Below are positions 50,696 through 60,761 of a DNA stretch of 64,000 bases, piece by piece. Under the pieces are notes generated by a model. That model saw only the letters and a list, made by a program, of their open reading frames with translations, was not told where the DNA came from and did no database searches. Positions within the stretch are counted from its first letter, which is position 1, and each line of letters begins with the position of its first letter. The translations under genes were made by a program, and so were the position numbers. Origin of the DNA: a virus; the IMG/VR virus record IMGVR_UViG_3300008262_000024, positions 28,843-92,842 of that record; one strand, 5' to 3'.

Positions 50696-52201
50696 TTATA
50701 CTAGATTATAACGGAAATCTACTACTTTAGTTGGGTCAGTAATCATCATTCCACCCCACATCATTCTGTGGATTTCATATCCATCTGATCTAGATACAGC
50801 AAGTGATGGAGAACCTTTTCCTGCAGGAGTGAAAGGATCACGCATACCTGGGATATAACGGAATACTGAAGGTTGACCTTTTACAGATACTCTCTTGATA
50901 CCTGATTCACCACCAAAATCCATAGCAACAAATCTGCGAGATTCAGTAGTACCACCAAGTGGGTGAACTTCAGGGAACAATACTTTATCATCAAACATTG
51001 GACAGTACATTAATTCAAATGTAATACCATTGATTGAGTAGTATTTAGTAAACTGGAATCCTGCAGATAATGACTTAGGAATACCTGTAAGATGTTTAGC
51101 ACCTTCTTTGAATACAGTAGTATCCACAGAACGTCCAGGACCACCAGCACCGATTAGAAGTTCAGTACCACCTTTAGCAAGTACAGCTGCGTGGAAATCA
51201 CGAAGACCATATTCACCAGTACACAAAGTAACAACCCTGTTACCCATGTCAATTCTACCAATTGAAAGATCCAAGAATACTTCAGTTAAGAAGTCAAGAT
51301 CTAGAGTTGAGTAGTAATGAATGTTAGAAGGAGCAATTTGTTCAAACAAACCTGCACCTGATTCCAAAGGATATTTTCCTGAAGCATCTTTGTTCAAGAA
51401 AAGATCTTTGTCAGTGAAGTTATGTAGACCATAGAAGTGCATAACTACGTTAGCAACTTCTGCTTGGTACATAGCTACCATATCAAGATAGTTAATCCAA
51501 ACACGCTCTTGCTTACCATCTACACCTGGGAAAGTGAATTCCAAAGGATAGTTTTTACCTTCGTTAATCATGTTACCTGGAACTTCATATTCAAAACGCT
51601 GCATTGTAATGCGGTTTCTCATTCTGAAAGGTGAAGTAAAGTTAGGCTTCTGACCTCTGTTAGAAAGAGTTGAAGGAGCTACGTTGAAAAACTTAGCCCA
51701 ACGTGAACCAGCTTCAAGTTCTTCTGCAGGTACAGAAAGTGATGGATCTGAAGTAAGAAGTTCTACTTCATATTCAAAGTTAGTACCTTTAGGTTTAACA
51801 GAAAGAACTCTTAAAAGGTATTCTGCTTTGTTACCTTTAAGAATGTTATCTGGCTCAAAATACTCTTCACCATATACCATAAAGAAAGAAGCAATACCTG
51901 CACCTAGTTCACCTGCATCTGCAGCAGATGTACCATTAGCATCATAAGCTTCTAGCAAAGGAATATTTTTTTCATGTTGACCTTGGAGCATCCACTCATA
52001 GAAGTTATTTTCTTCAACTTCTACAGTAGGGAACTGATTGAGGAAATCAAACATCGCATTCTTCAAGTTAGTTCTGAAGATTTGATGAATGGTGTTAGTT
52101 ACAAGCTGAGGACGCTTCATATAGAGAGCACCCAAGTTATTTGCAGTCACAAGACCATTGTAGTCTTTGGCTGCGTATTTTTGTAGTTGAAATAATTGCA
52201 T
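50696..52201 (-). CDS. Major capsid protein
   Basis: 501 aa; YEWMLQG, SPFRMRNRIT, SGAGLFEQI and YIPGMRDPF motifs of the crAss-like MCP; highly expressed codon bias. Confidence 0.92.
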   Translation of the reverse strand: MQLFQLQKYAAKDYNGLVTANNLGALYMKRPQLVTNTIHQIFRTNLKNAMFDFLNQFPTVEVEENNFYEWMLQGQHEKNIPLLEAYDANGTSAADAGELGAGIASFFMVYGEEYFEPDNILKGNKAEYLLRVLSVKPKGTNFEYEVELLTSDPSLSVPAEELEAGSRWAKFFNVAPSTLSNRGQKPNFTSPFRMRNRITMQRFEYEVPGNMINEGKNYPLEFTFPGVDGKQERVWINYLDMVAMYQAEVANVVMHFYGLHNFTDKDLFLNKDASGKYPLESGAGLFEQIAPSNIHYYSTLDLDFLTEVFLDLSIGRIDMGNRVVTLCTGEYGLRDFHAAVLAKGGTELLIGAGGPGRSVDTTVFKEGAKHLTGIPKSLSAGFQFTKYYSINGITFELMYCPMFDDKVLFPEVHPLGGTTESRRFVAMDFGGESGIKRVSVKGQPSVFRYIPGMRDPFTPAGKGSPSLAVSRSDGYEIHRMMWGGMMITDPTKVVDFRYNLV

Positions 52202-52207
52202 AATTTA

Positions 52208-53398
52208 TTATTTATTTTTAAGGAAATTCTCAAGATTTGTTAATACATCAACCTCTTTATCATTAAGTGTATTACTTAAGTTAGAGCCTGATTTAAATGC
52301 TGCTTTTTTAAGTCTATCTTCAATTGATCTAGAAACTTTAGTTTCCGCTAGACGCATAATTTTAGTCAAGTCAGGTTTTAAGTTTCCTTTTTCATCTGTA
52401 TTAAATAAACCTAGTTCTGTCAAATAATGCAGTTGCATTCTAAATGCCTCTGGATTTTTTCTTGACAAAGCAGCTACTTTATTTAATGGTTGTTTATTTT
52501 CATCATAAGCTACTGTTTCTGTCATGGACTTATACAGTTGCTCTTTCATTTTATCAGTAAGTGGAACTCCTTTAAAAATTTCAGGAGTTTGATTAATAGT
52601 ATATTTTAAAGCTTGAAGTCTTTTTTGAGCTTCATGTTGTCTTTGTTGTGCAATATACTGTTCTTCTTGTTTTTTATACTGAATTTGTTTTTGAACTTCT
52701 TGATTTAAAATTTGTGCAGCTTCATATCCTTCTTCTGATAACTCATCAAGGTCTTTAGCTCTCTCAACATATTTGTTAATTTTTTCTTGAGAAAAACCTT
52801 TAGTTCTAAGAAGTTCTCTATAAAGTTGTTCTGCTTTTTGAGGATTAGAATCTAAATCATCTTTAGTTACTGAAGCATAATCAATAACTTTACTTCCAAT
52901 TTCTAGTGAAGAATCTTCATCTAGACCATCCATAAACAGTTGAAACTGCTTACGCATTTTATTTGGCATTTCTGATACAATGTCTTCAAAGATTTTTACA
53001 CCTCTTTTGAAGTCACGTCTTTCCATTAATGCTTTAAAACTATCAGGAGTACCATCAAATTTAAAATCATCATCCTCTTCAAAATCTTCTTCATCAAATA
53101 ATCCTTCAGTTTTTAGCTGTTCAGCTAACACTTTGTATAACGGCTCATCATCATTAGAAGTAGTATCTGGTGTTTCACTAGTAGGTGGAGTAAAGTCTTT
53201 TGCTGCTTTCTCTGGACTAGTATCAACATCTTCATCTGATGAATCATTAATTAGATTTGATAATTCTGAATCAAAGTCAAAGTCATTTGTTTCTGCTGTT
53301 TCTTTTACCAGATTTTTGTCTGAAGAGTTATCTATAACTTCCATACCATCTCCTTCAGGAGTTCCAAAATCTGGACTGTAAAATTTACTTGTTTTCAT
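52208..53398 (-). CDS. Acidic scaffold-like protein (crAss gene 77-like)
   Basis: Very acidic N-terminus and helical C-terminus; lies between portal and MCP. Confidence 0.7.
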   Translation of the reverse strand: MKTSKFYSPDFGTPEGDGMEVIDNSSDKNLVKETAETNDFDFDSELSNLINDSSDEDVDTSPEKAAKDFTPPTSETPDTTSNDDEPLYKVLAEQLKTEGLFDEEDFEEDDDFKFDGTPDSFKALMERRDFKRGVKIFEDIVSEMPNKMRKQFQLFMDGLDEDSSLEIGSKVIDYASVTKDDLDSNPQKAEQLYRELLRTKGFSQEKINKYVERAKDLDELSEEGYEAAQILNQEVQKQIQYKKQEEQYIAQQRQHEAQKRLQALKYTINQTPEIFKGVPLTDKMKEQLYKSMTETVAYDENKQPLNKVAALSRKNPEAFRMQLHYLTELGLFNTDEKGNLKPDLTKIMRLAETKVSRSIEDRLKKAAFKSGSNLSNTLNDKEVDVLTNLENFLKNK

Positions 53399-53408
53399 AT
53401 TATTCTTA

Positions 53409-53442
53409 CAAAATTATTATTAATAATTGTTTATTAACCAAA
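53409..53442 (-). promoter_or_regulatory. Bacteroidota promoter (TTTG..TAATTTTG)
   Basis: -7 element at 53409-53416 and TTTG at 53439-53442, upstream of the scaffold/MCP genes. Confidence 0.7.
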
Positions 53443-53464
53443 TAAGCCATCATTTCATTATAGC

Positions 53465-55999
53465 TTATTTTTTATCATATTTATTCTTATTTTCTTTTGC
53501 AACTTTTAATGCAGTTTCAGATTTCATTTTTTCAATCTCTTTCTTAGCTTCTATTTCTTTCTCTTTTAAAGAGATTTTTTCTTTCTCAATTTGAACTTTT
53601 CTTTGCTCAAGTTGATCCTTCATTCTAATTTCTTTTTCTTTCTGAATTTGCTGATAAGTTGCTTTTTGTTGTTCTAATGCAAGTTTACTTTGTTCTAATA
53701 CATCAGGAACCATATTCTGATTAACATCTTGATCTTGAGCATAACTCATAGCTCTAATAGTTTCCAATTGAATCTTGTTTTCTCTATCTAATTGTCTATT
53801 AATATCTTCTCTATTAAGTTTCTCCATTTCAAGTTGTAGTTCTTGAGCTTTAAGTTCAACTGCTTGAGCTGCCATTCTCTCTTGAGATTCTTGTTGCATT
53901 TGCTGCATTTGTTGTTGCTCTTGAGTAATCTTATCTTGAGCTTCTTCTAAATATCTAGCAAGTGCAGATATACTATCTTTCTTGTAAATCTCAATAAGAT
54001 CTCTAAACTTAATCTGACCAGTCTGCATACCTGCATGTGCAAGTTGATTAAGTGCTTGCATAAGTTCTTGTGTGTTTGGTCCATCATCTATATGAATATC
54101 ATATTCTGATTCTGAAAACTCATCATAATAACTTACAATTTCAGCACCCATATCATCTAATACAAACTGTGCTTTATGTGGATTTTGTTTCCATACATAT
54201 TTAGCAACTTCTAATAATCTTTGCATACAATCTCTTTTAAATGAGTTATGTAATGCAAAATACTTTTCAGTCATTGAGTTAGATGCTGTCCATCCCATAT
54301 TAGATGTACCTACATTAGCATCACCTTTAACATCACCTTGTCTGTATTCATTAACACCTGAAATCAAATCAAGTTGTTGTTTAACAAATGATAGTAACTG
54401 TACATGCTGATTAATATAGTTACCCATTTCAAGATTAATACCTGTTGCAGCTAACTGATTGTATGTACCTGCTGATTTACCTTGAAGTGGTCCTTTAAGT
54501 ACTTCATTAGTAGGATCCATAAACATTACATTGGTGGCTTCAGCATACTGTAACCATTTGAGAGGATCCCACTCTGAAGGAATCATGCTGGTATTAATTG
54601 CCAACATTGGACCTTTATACTTAGATATAGCTAGGTTTAATCTATGGAAGAATATATCATACAAATAATCCATAGGTTTCATAACATCCATGAATGACAT
54701 TACTCTTGAATTATTAGTATTACAATATACACCTACATAAGGTGGTTTACTTTCAGACAAGTTACTCATGCTTCTTGACTGATAAGGAATAGGTCTAATC
54801 TTTACATAAATATCATTAGCAATTTTAGTACCTTCCCACCATTCATTAATCCATAGCCAATCTACAGTTTCACCTGCATCTTTATCAATCTTGTAATATT
54901 CATCTACAATCTTTTCTTGTGGACTACCATACTCATCATAATAACTTACTTTACCAATCTTTCTTCTAGATCTCCAACAAACTCTCATTACCCTAACATT
55001 ACCTCTTTGGTCATAAGCACCACCAAAATAATGTGTAGCAATTTGGTTAGGTACAAACAACTCTCCTGCTGTATATCCAAATCTTTCTTCAACAGTAATA
55101 TCTCTGTTGTAAGCCATTTGAATACCACCAGTTCTCATTGCATTGTACTCTTTACTTTGTTCAAGATTTGAAATTTGTTCTTTAGTTAGTTCTAAATGAA
55201 ACATATCCACAACTTGACCTACAGACATCATTGTATATTCTACAATCCAGTCTGCATCTTCAATTTTATAAGTTTCAGGTGATTGAATAGTAAATAGATA
55301 TAAAGGGTTTACTTTTCTAAATACAATATCATTTCCAAGTTCTTCAATACATACAATTTCCTCACCTGATATTAAAAAATCTTCCCAACTTCTTAAGAAA
55401 ACATCAGCAACTTTTAACCTTTTATACTCATATTTAAGTATTTTGTTAGCTGTTATTTCTTTAAGATCTTGAAAGTTATATTTTAAATATTTATCAAACT
55501 TACTTAACTCTTTCTGCATTTCTTCTTCCATTACTTGAGGATCAACTTCTTGACCTTGAAATGCAGCTTGCATTTTAGCTTGTGCTATTGATACCAGTTT
55601 CTGATACCATTGATCTCTAATTGCTTCTTCTTTAGAAGAAATACCCATTTGATCTGCTGATGATATATAAGCTTTAAAAGGATATCTTGTTAATCTTTTA
55701 GCTTCTTCACCAACAAGGGTGTTTATTTTTGAATTACCTAAACCTATATGTTGAATACTTTTGGGAAATGATGAAAACTCAATACCATATGGTTCACATA
55801 TAGCTTGAATATCTTTATCTGTTAACATATTGTTTCTCAATCTGTAGTTAACCTTCTTATTATAAAAGGTTTGTCTAGTAACAGATGAGTCAAACATTAA
55901 TACATTTTCCCCAGCATCTATACATTTTTTAGCCCACTCTAAATTCTTTTGTGAATCTGATAGAGCTTGTTGTGGTACTTGTATTACTAAATTATTCAT
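53465..55999 (-). CDS. Portal protein
   Basis: 844 aa; KINTLVGEE, WINEWWEG and LDLISGV..RQG motifs; C-terminal Gln-rich coiled coil; directly follows TerL. Confidence 0.92.
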   Translation of the reverse strand: MNNLVIQVPQQALSDSQKNLEWAKKCIDAGENVLMFDSSVTRQTFYNKKVNYRLRNNMLTDKDIQAICEPYGIEFSSFPKSIQHIGLGNSKINTLVGEEAKRLTRYPFKAYISSADQMGISSKEEAIRDQWYQKLVSIAQAKMQAAFQGQEVDPQVMEEEMQKELSKFDKYLKYNFQDLKEITANKILKYEYKRLKVADVFLRSWEDFLISGEEIVCIEELGNDIVFRKVNPLYLFTIQSPETYKIEDADWIVEYTMMSVGQVVDMFHLELTKEQISNLEQSKEYNAMRTGGIQMAYNRDITVEERFGYTAGELFVPNQIATHYFGGAYDQRGNVRVMRVCWRSRRKIGKVSYYDEYGSPQEKIVDEYYKIDKDAGETVDWLWINEWWEGTKIANDIYVKIRPIPYQSRSMSNLSESKPPYVGVYCNTNNSRVMSFMDVMKPMDYLYDIFFHRLNLAISKYKGPMLAINTSMIPSEWDPLKWLQYAEATNVMFMDPTNEVLKGPLQGKSAGTYNQLAATGINLEMGNYINQHVQLLSFVKQQLDLISGVNEYRQGDVKGDANVGTSNMGWTASNSMTEKYFALHNSFKRDCMQRLLEVAKYVWKQNPHKAQFVLDDMGAEIVSYYDEFSESEYDIHIDDGPNTQELMQALNQLAHAGMQTGQIKFRDLIEIYKKDSISALARYLEEAQDKITQEQQQMQQMQQESQERMAAQAVELKAQELQLEMEKLNREDINRQLDRENKIQLETIRAMSYAQDQDVNQNMVPDVLEQSKLALEQQKATYQQIQKEKEIRMKDQLEQRKVQIEKEKISLKEKEIEAKKEIEKMKSETALKVAKENKNKYDKK

Positions 56000-56005
56000 T
56001 TTTTA

Positions 56006-56013
56006 CAAATTTA
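56006..56013 (-). promoter_or_regulatory. Bacteroidota -7 element TAAATTTG upstream of the portal gene
   Basis: Matches TAnnTTTG, 6 nt before the ATG. Confidence 0.6.
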
Positions 56014-56014
56014 A

Positions 56015-58057
56015 TTATCTACCAAACATATTGTTAAAAAACAGTCCATTATCTTTATAGCTGTTAAACTCTTCTAAAGGGTCATAACTGTCTTTTAGAA
56101 ATCCTTTTTCTTTGAAGAAATCAGACTCCAGAAAACTTTTAGCTTTTTTAGAATCAGCCTTTATAATTTCCTTATTCAAAGTTACATCTAAAATCAATAC
56201 GGCAATCATGGCTGAAACCCTATCAAAGTTTCCATCTTTATTCCACTTAATTAACTCCTGTATTAAGCCAGTAGACCTTAATCTATTAACATTTAACACT
56301 TCAGAATTAGCCTCTATTGGTTCTAATAACCATTCTCTAATCAATTCTCTACCCCATGTATTTGTTCTTTCAGTAGCCTTATACCCATAACTTGTATTTA
56401 AATTTGGTTTCCACTCAATTTTATCTCTAAGTTGTACAGGAGTTTCAGATAACATATGCAAAGACTTCTTATGCTCCATATATGTAACAAAACCTAACTT
56501 GTTAATCTCTGGAAATCCTAATGCATTGTAGTAAATAATTAATTTTCTACAAGTTTCATAGAAATCTTTAGCTAATTGTGGTCTACCTGTGTATTCAGCT
56601 ACAACTCTTCTTGTAAACCTGTCAAATACAAATGCACATCCTACAGAATCTGTAGTTGCATGATCATCATCATAGGGGTCAATACCAACAATATACCTTC
56701 TTGGAAAAACTTTACCATCATTATCCTTTTGAGGCTGTTCATAAATCTCTACACACCCTACAATATTATCATCAGGTCTTCTTTTAATAGGATAATCTCT
56801 TAATGGCTGTGCATTATCAAAAGTTTGGAACCTTAATTCACCTTCTTCTGACATTACAAAGCTACCAATCCAGTTACTTTCTACATACTTCTGTACATTA
56901 ACCTTAATATCAGCTAATCTTTCATTCAATAACATAGTAGGAAACATATTTCCTGATGTTACTAAGAATGCTTCTGATGGTGTTAATGGATATTGTGTAA
57001 CTGCATCTCTATATGCTTGAGGATTACCCTTTTTAGTTTCTCTATAAGCTAATATAGATTTCATTGCAGCATTCTCATTAGAATTACCATCATCATCTAC
57101 TAGCTTTTCAGTAATTTTAGTTTCTTTATCAGTATATATACCAAATCTCTGTCTAGTTGATGGTAAAAACCACCCACAAGTTTGATTACCTTTATCAGCT
57201 TCCCATTCATTAGGAAATGCAAGTAGGTTAAATCTTTCAGGATCATAGTACATTTCAGAGAATGCAGCAGTACCTCCACCCATGTCACCACCTGTACCAT
57301 ATATCACAGGTAAACCTATCATATCATCACCATCTTTCCAGCATGGTTCAGAGATATTATAAGACTCTATAATATTACTAAATATACCAGCTTCCTCAAA
57401 CAGGAATATAGAGCTAGATAAACCAGCAGATGCAAATGGATTATCCTTAAATGTAATCTTTTTAATTTCAGACTGATAACCTACCCATACATCTCTACCA
57501 TCTTCCATCTTTTTAAGATGTCTTGCTTTGACAAAATCTTGTGTATTAGGATTTCTAGGTTTATACCATACAGTAGCTTGATCTAGAAAGTTTAAGTTAT
57601 TAAGAGTCATTGCCATAGTATTATCAGAATACTTATTTTCATAAGCTGAGATAATACATTTAGCATTCTTATAGAAGTTATACTCATGTGTAACCAATGC
57701 TGCATTCTTATATGAAAAACCAGTTCTTCGTGGTTTAACCATTATAAACCCTTTCTTTTCCTGTCTAGCTCTTTCTATTAAAGAAAAGAACTCTAAATCC
57801 ACATCTGTAAACCTTGGAAACCCTTCAGTCTTTCTACCTGTCTTTTCATCCTTTAAAAGCATTCTTGTATAATTCAAATAGAAGTAATAAGTACCTGGTA
57901 TTGTGGTATTTCCAATAGTAACACCTTCAATACACCTTCTTTTCTCTTCTTTCCAAAACTCATTATATTGATAAGTTCCAGGTAATGCTTTTGTATAATT
58001 ACCTGTATTTTCAAACACAAGTCTTGCTTCTAAAAATGCTTTTGTATTAGTTAACAT
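56015..58057 (-). CDS. terL: Terminase large subunit
   Basis: KPRRTGFS (Walker A), FLFEEAG (Walker B), YGTGG, and nuclease motifs IVGIDPY and NFDRVSA. Confidence 0.95.
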   Translation of the reverse strand: MLTNTKAFLEARLVFENTGNYTKALPGTYQYNEFWKEEKRRCIEGVTIGNTTIPGTYYFYLNYTRMLLKDEKTGRKTEGFPRFTDVDLEFFSLIERARQEKKGFIMVKPRRTGFSYKNAALVTHEYNFYKNAKCIISAYENKYSDNTMAMTLNNLNFLDQATVWYKPRNPNTQDFVKARHLKKMEDGRDVWVGYQSEIKKITFKDNPFASAGLSSSIFLFEEAGIFSNIIESYNISEPCWKDGDDMIGLPVIYGTGGDMGGGTAAFSEMYYDPERFNLLAFPNEWEADKGNQTCGWFLPSTRQRFGIYTDKETKITEKLVDDDGNSNENAAMKSILAYRETKKGNPQAYRDAVTQYPLTPSEAFLVTSGNMFPTMLLNERLADIKVNVQKYVESNWIGSFVMSEEGELRFQTFDNAQPLRDYPIKRRPDDNIVGCVEIYEQPQKDNDGKVFPRRYIVGIDPYDDDHATTDSVGCAFVFDRFTRRVVAEYTGRPQLAKDFYETCRKLIIYYNALGFPEINKLGFVTYMEHKKSLHMLSETPVQLRDKIEWKPNLNTSYGYKATERTNTWGRELIREWLLEPIEANSEVLNVNRLRSTGLIQELIKWNKDGNFDRVSAMIAVLILDVTLNKEIIKADSKKAKSFLESDFFKEKGFLKDSYDPLEEFNSYKDNGLFFNNMFGR

Positions 58058-58578
58058 TACTCGTTAAATTCACTATTTACTTGTTTATCACCTCTAATCT
58101 TAACAGCAGTATCTTGTTTTTCAGCCTTAACTGCAGCCTCTAAACTCTTATACTGTGATACAACCTTACTCATAGAATCAATAATCTTTAAACTAGCTGC
58201 AGTACTATCTGCATCTATTTCACTTTCATCAAGAAACCTAGAAAATTCAAATATCTTATTCTTAACACTATTAAGTAAAACCTCTAAAGGACTCTGTTTT
58301 AACCTTTTATATATTTCGCAGGCTTGTTTAACCTTGTCTGATGGTTCATAGTCCTTTTGTCCGAGTACTTCTTCCTTAATGGCTTCTGTTCTTTTTTCTT
58401 CTGAATAGTTGTTATAAGGAGAATTGAAATCACATAAATGATAGATAAACTTAAAATCTGTATATGCATTAATTTTTGTTTTAGATTTATCTTCTTTCCA
58501 TATCTCACTAAATATATCTATAGTGAGTATCTCAGGTGAGATAACTACCTCATTATCTTTTAAGTCAAATACTTTCAT
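58057..58578 (-). CDS. Putative terminase small subunit
   Basis: Helical 173 aa protein coupled to TerL; DKSKTK..FIY...D..SPY and C-terminal IRG as in crAss-like TerL-upstream proteins. Confidence 0.55.
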   Translation of the reverse strand: MKVFDLKDNEVVISPEILTIDIFSEIWKEDKSKTKINAYTDFKFIYHLCDFNSPYNNYSEEKRTEAIKEEVLGQKDYEPSDKVKQACEIYKRLKQSPLEVLLNSVKNKIFEFSRFLDESEIDADSTAASLKIIDSMSKVVSQYKSLEAAVKAEKQDTAVKIRGDKQVNSEFNE

Positions 58579-58973
58579 TACTTAAGAAACTTCAACTTAT
58601 AGATAGTAGAGTATGTAAGACTAGCTAATTCATCAATTTGATTCTTAAGGTAATCTTCCTTAAACACTTCTCTTGATGCCTCAACATACTTAGCAAACTC
58701 TTGAATATATTCCATAAAATCCAATGGCTTAACAGACTTAATTTCAAAGTTTACAATACCATATTTACCTTGATAACTTTCTACAAAGCCATCTGCTAAA
58801 TCAAGTAGTCCATCATAAAATCCACCAATAGCTGTGTGTGCTGCATAAGCACCTGGACCTTTTACTCTAAGATGTTCAATATGTGCAACATCTCTTGCTT
58901 CAAACAATCTACCAATAAACTTACTTGGTGAGTTCATTGGATTGCTCATTAATTTTTCTTTTAAAGAGTTCAT
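58578..58973 (-). CDS. Ferritin/Dps-like four-helix protein (DUF5856-like)
   Basis: HIEH..YAAHTAIGGFYDGL.DL.D.FVESYQG..NQIDE..YKLKFL pattern. Confidence 0.78.
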   Translation of the reverse strand: MNSLKEKLMSNPMNSPSKFIGRLFEARDVAHIEHLRVKGPGAYAAHTAIGGFYDGLLDLADGFVESYQGKYGIVNFEIKSVKPLDFMEYIQEFAKYVEASREVFKEDYLKNQIDELASLTYSTIYKLKFLK

Positions 58974-59193
58974 ATCTTTTTAACTTATTTTTATTTATTA
59001 CAAATTTACCAAAATTTTTGATAATAACATTCTTATTCCATGTATTAGGATCACTATCACTTATTTCTGAAAATTGTGAAATTAGAAATTCAAACAGTCC
59101 TGAATATATTCCTTTAACTTCTGTATAGGAAACATTATTTCTTTTTGCTATATCTGTTAATCTCCTTATAACTTCGTCCTGTAGTCTTACCAT
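58921..59193 (-). CDS. HU/IHF-like DNA-binding protein
   Basis: Two helices followed by NVIIKNFGKFVI, an HU-like signature. Confidence 0.65.
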   Translation of the reverse strand: MVRLQDEVIRRLTDIAKRNNVSYTEVKGIYSGLFEFLISQFSEISDSDPNTWNKNVIIKNFGKFVINKNKLKRYELFKRKINEQSNELTK

Positions 59194-59473
59194 AAAATCC
59201 TTTTATAACTATTCTTGAAGGTATATCCTTCATCTTACTTAATTCATCAAATGAATGATTAACTATAATCCACTGATCCATACATCTTAACATACACCTT
59301 TTCTTATAAGGTTTTTTAGTTTTTTGATTTATAACTTCAGCAAACTCTGTAATTTCATTAATCTCCATCCTTTTAGAAACAATTTTACCAGGAACTTCAG
59401 TAGGAACCTTTTCACCATTTTCATCTTCAATGGTAATAGTCTTATAAACTGGTTCCAATACTTTAATAATCAT
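59135..59473 (-). CDS. Hypothetical protein
   Basis: Coupled ORF in the operon. Confidence 0.6.
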   Translation of the reverse strand: MIIKVLEPVYKTITIEDENGEKVPTEVPGKIVSKRMEINEITEFAEVINQKTKKPYKKRCMLRCMDQWIIVNHSFDELSKMKDIPSRIVIKGFYGKTTGRSYKEINRYSKKK

Positions 59474-59760
59474 CCTGTTATCTCATTATTTAATTGATTA
59501 ACCCAAAGTTCTTTTTTACTTTTTTCAACAATCCTATTATATTCTTTAATAGATTCATGATTAGATGGTAATACCTTAAACACTAAACACCATTTATCAT
59601 CAGGTAGTTTTTCAACATGCTTAATATATTGATATCTTTTATGTTTCTTAATAAACTTTTTAGCTAGTTCAACATAGGTATTCATTTTCTGAATAACAAC
59701 ATCAAATTCTTTGTGTACAAAAACTACAGTATTTGTTCCACAAATAGGATCAGGTAACAT
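59470..59760 (-). CDS. Hypothetical protein; start probably the ATG at 59760
   Basis: A TAATTTTG promoter-like element at 59782-59789 overlaps the TTG start in the ORF track. Confidence 0.55.
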   Translation of the reverse strand: MLPDPICGTNTVVFVHKEFDVVIQKMNTYVELAKKFIKKHKRYQYIKHVEKLPDDKWCLVFKVLPSNHESIKEYNRIVEKSKKELWVNQLNNEITG

Positions 59761-59786
59761 AATTATTTTTTTACTAAAATACAAAA

Positions 59787-59996
59787 TTAATCTTCATCAT
59801 ATACCACGCTAATAGGAGTAATTACTACCCATGAGCCTTTTCTACCCATATTCCTATCATGTATAAATCTGATAATATTACCATTATGTTCTATATCAGC
59901 ATCCATATGCTCAGTTAATTTACCTACCTTATATAAGTGATTAACTGTGTTATACAACATATTCAAATCAGTTGCTTTAACTTCTATTCTTTTCAT
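59787..59996 (-). CDS. Hypothetical protein
   Basis: Coupled small ORF in the operon. Confidence 0.55.
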   Translation of the reverse strand: MKRIEVKATDLNMLYNTVNHLYKVGKLTEHMDADIEHNGNIIRFIHDRNMGRKGSWVVITPISVVYDED

Positions 59997-60186
59997 ATCT
60001 TCCTAATGTTTTATTTACACAACCTCTAACCTTAGTATTATCAAAAGTCCATACTTCACCATTATCCATTAATATAGTAAAATAAATATAACTTTCTGGA
60101 CCATAATCATTAACTAAGAATGCCCATCCTTCCATGTCAAATTCAGGAACATAAAAAGGAATTGGAGGATTTAACTGTGTTATCAT
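59977..60186 (-). CDS. Hypothetical phage protein
   Basis: QLNPPIP..DYG..GEVWT motif recalled from small phage proteins; ATGA coupling. Confidence 0.6.
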   Translation of the reverse strand: MITQLNPPIPFYVPEFDMEGWAFLVNDYGPESYIYFTILMDNGEVWTFDNTKVRGCVNKTLGRYEKNRS

Positions 60187-60389
60187 TGTTTACCATTAAT
60201 ATAACTTACAATTAAATCTCTTTCTTGAGGAGTTAAATCTTTCATCAACTTATCTTGACCTATCTCTCTGACAATAGATTGTAGCTGATAGAAGTTAATC
60301 TTACCTTGAGCAAGGTATATATTCAATTGTTGTTTAATAGTATTAGTATTCATTTGCTGCTGTAGGTTACCTTCCAATGTTATATTCAT
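60183..60389 (-). CDS. Hypothetical protein
   Basis: ATGA-coupled ORF. Confidence 0.55.
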   Translation of the reverse strand: MNITLEGNLQQQMNTNTIKQQLNIYLAQGKINFYQLQSIVREIGQDKLMKDLTPQERDLIVSYINGKQ

Positions 60390-60679
60390 AACAACACTTT
60401 ACATGCAACATCAGCTTCTCTAAACAGCTGATACTTTTGTTTACCTCCATCATGAGTTTTACCTTCAAAACTTGTAGGCATTGAATGTGGAAAAAACATT
60501 ACTCTATCTCCTACTTTGTAAAGCTCAACTTGGCTTCCTACTGCAACAACAACATCACCATTATATTCTTCTACATCAGAAGTTTGTGTACCATTAGGTA
60601 AGTATACTCCAGTAGATGTTTGTTCTAGTTCTTTGTACTCAATTAAAATACCTTTAGGGTGTGGTTCATACATAATCAT
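60386..60679 (-). CDS. groES: GroES-like co-chaperonin
   Basis: P..KGILIE, TSTGVYLP mobile loop, VVAVG, KVGDRVMF and FREADV. Confidence 0.82.
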   Translation of the reverse strand: MIMYEPHPKGILIEYKELEQTSTGVYLPNGTQTSDVEEYNGDVVVAVGSQVELYKVGDRVMFFPHSMPTSFEGKTHDGGKQKYQLFREADVACKVLL

Positions 60680-60697
60680 ATCTTATAAATTTTAAAA

Positions 60698-60729
60698 CAA
60701 AAGTAAAGTTATAGTTTGACTTTAACAAA
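60698..60729 (-). promoter_or_regulatory. Bacteroidota sigma-A promoter TTTG-N20-TACTTTTG driving the late operon
   Basis: -7 element at 60698-60705 and -33 TTTG at 60726-60729, with canonical spacing. Confidence 0.75.
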
Positions 60730-60761
60730 TAAAAAGTAAAGTTATAACTTAACTAACTGTT

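Noticed and set aside
50696-58057. Introns or inteins in TerL, portal or major capsid
   Set aside because: The ORFs are continuous and of typical length, and no splice-junction or homing-endonuclease motifs were seen.
4623-59128. Plus-strand ORFs in the track (e.g. 4623..4934, 7190..7534, 52980..53381) and short alternative-frame minus ORFs
   Set aside because: They are shadows of long minus-strand genes, with Ser/Leu/Ile-rich antisense composition and no recognisable motifs.
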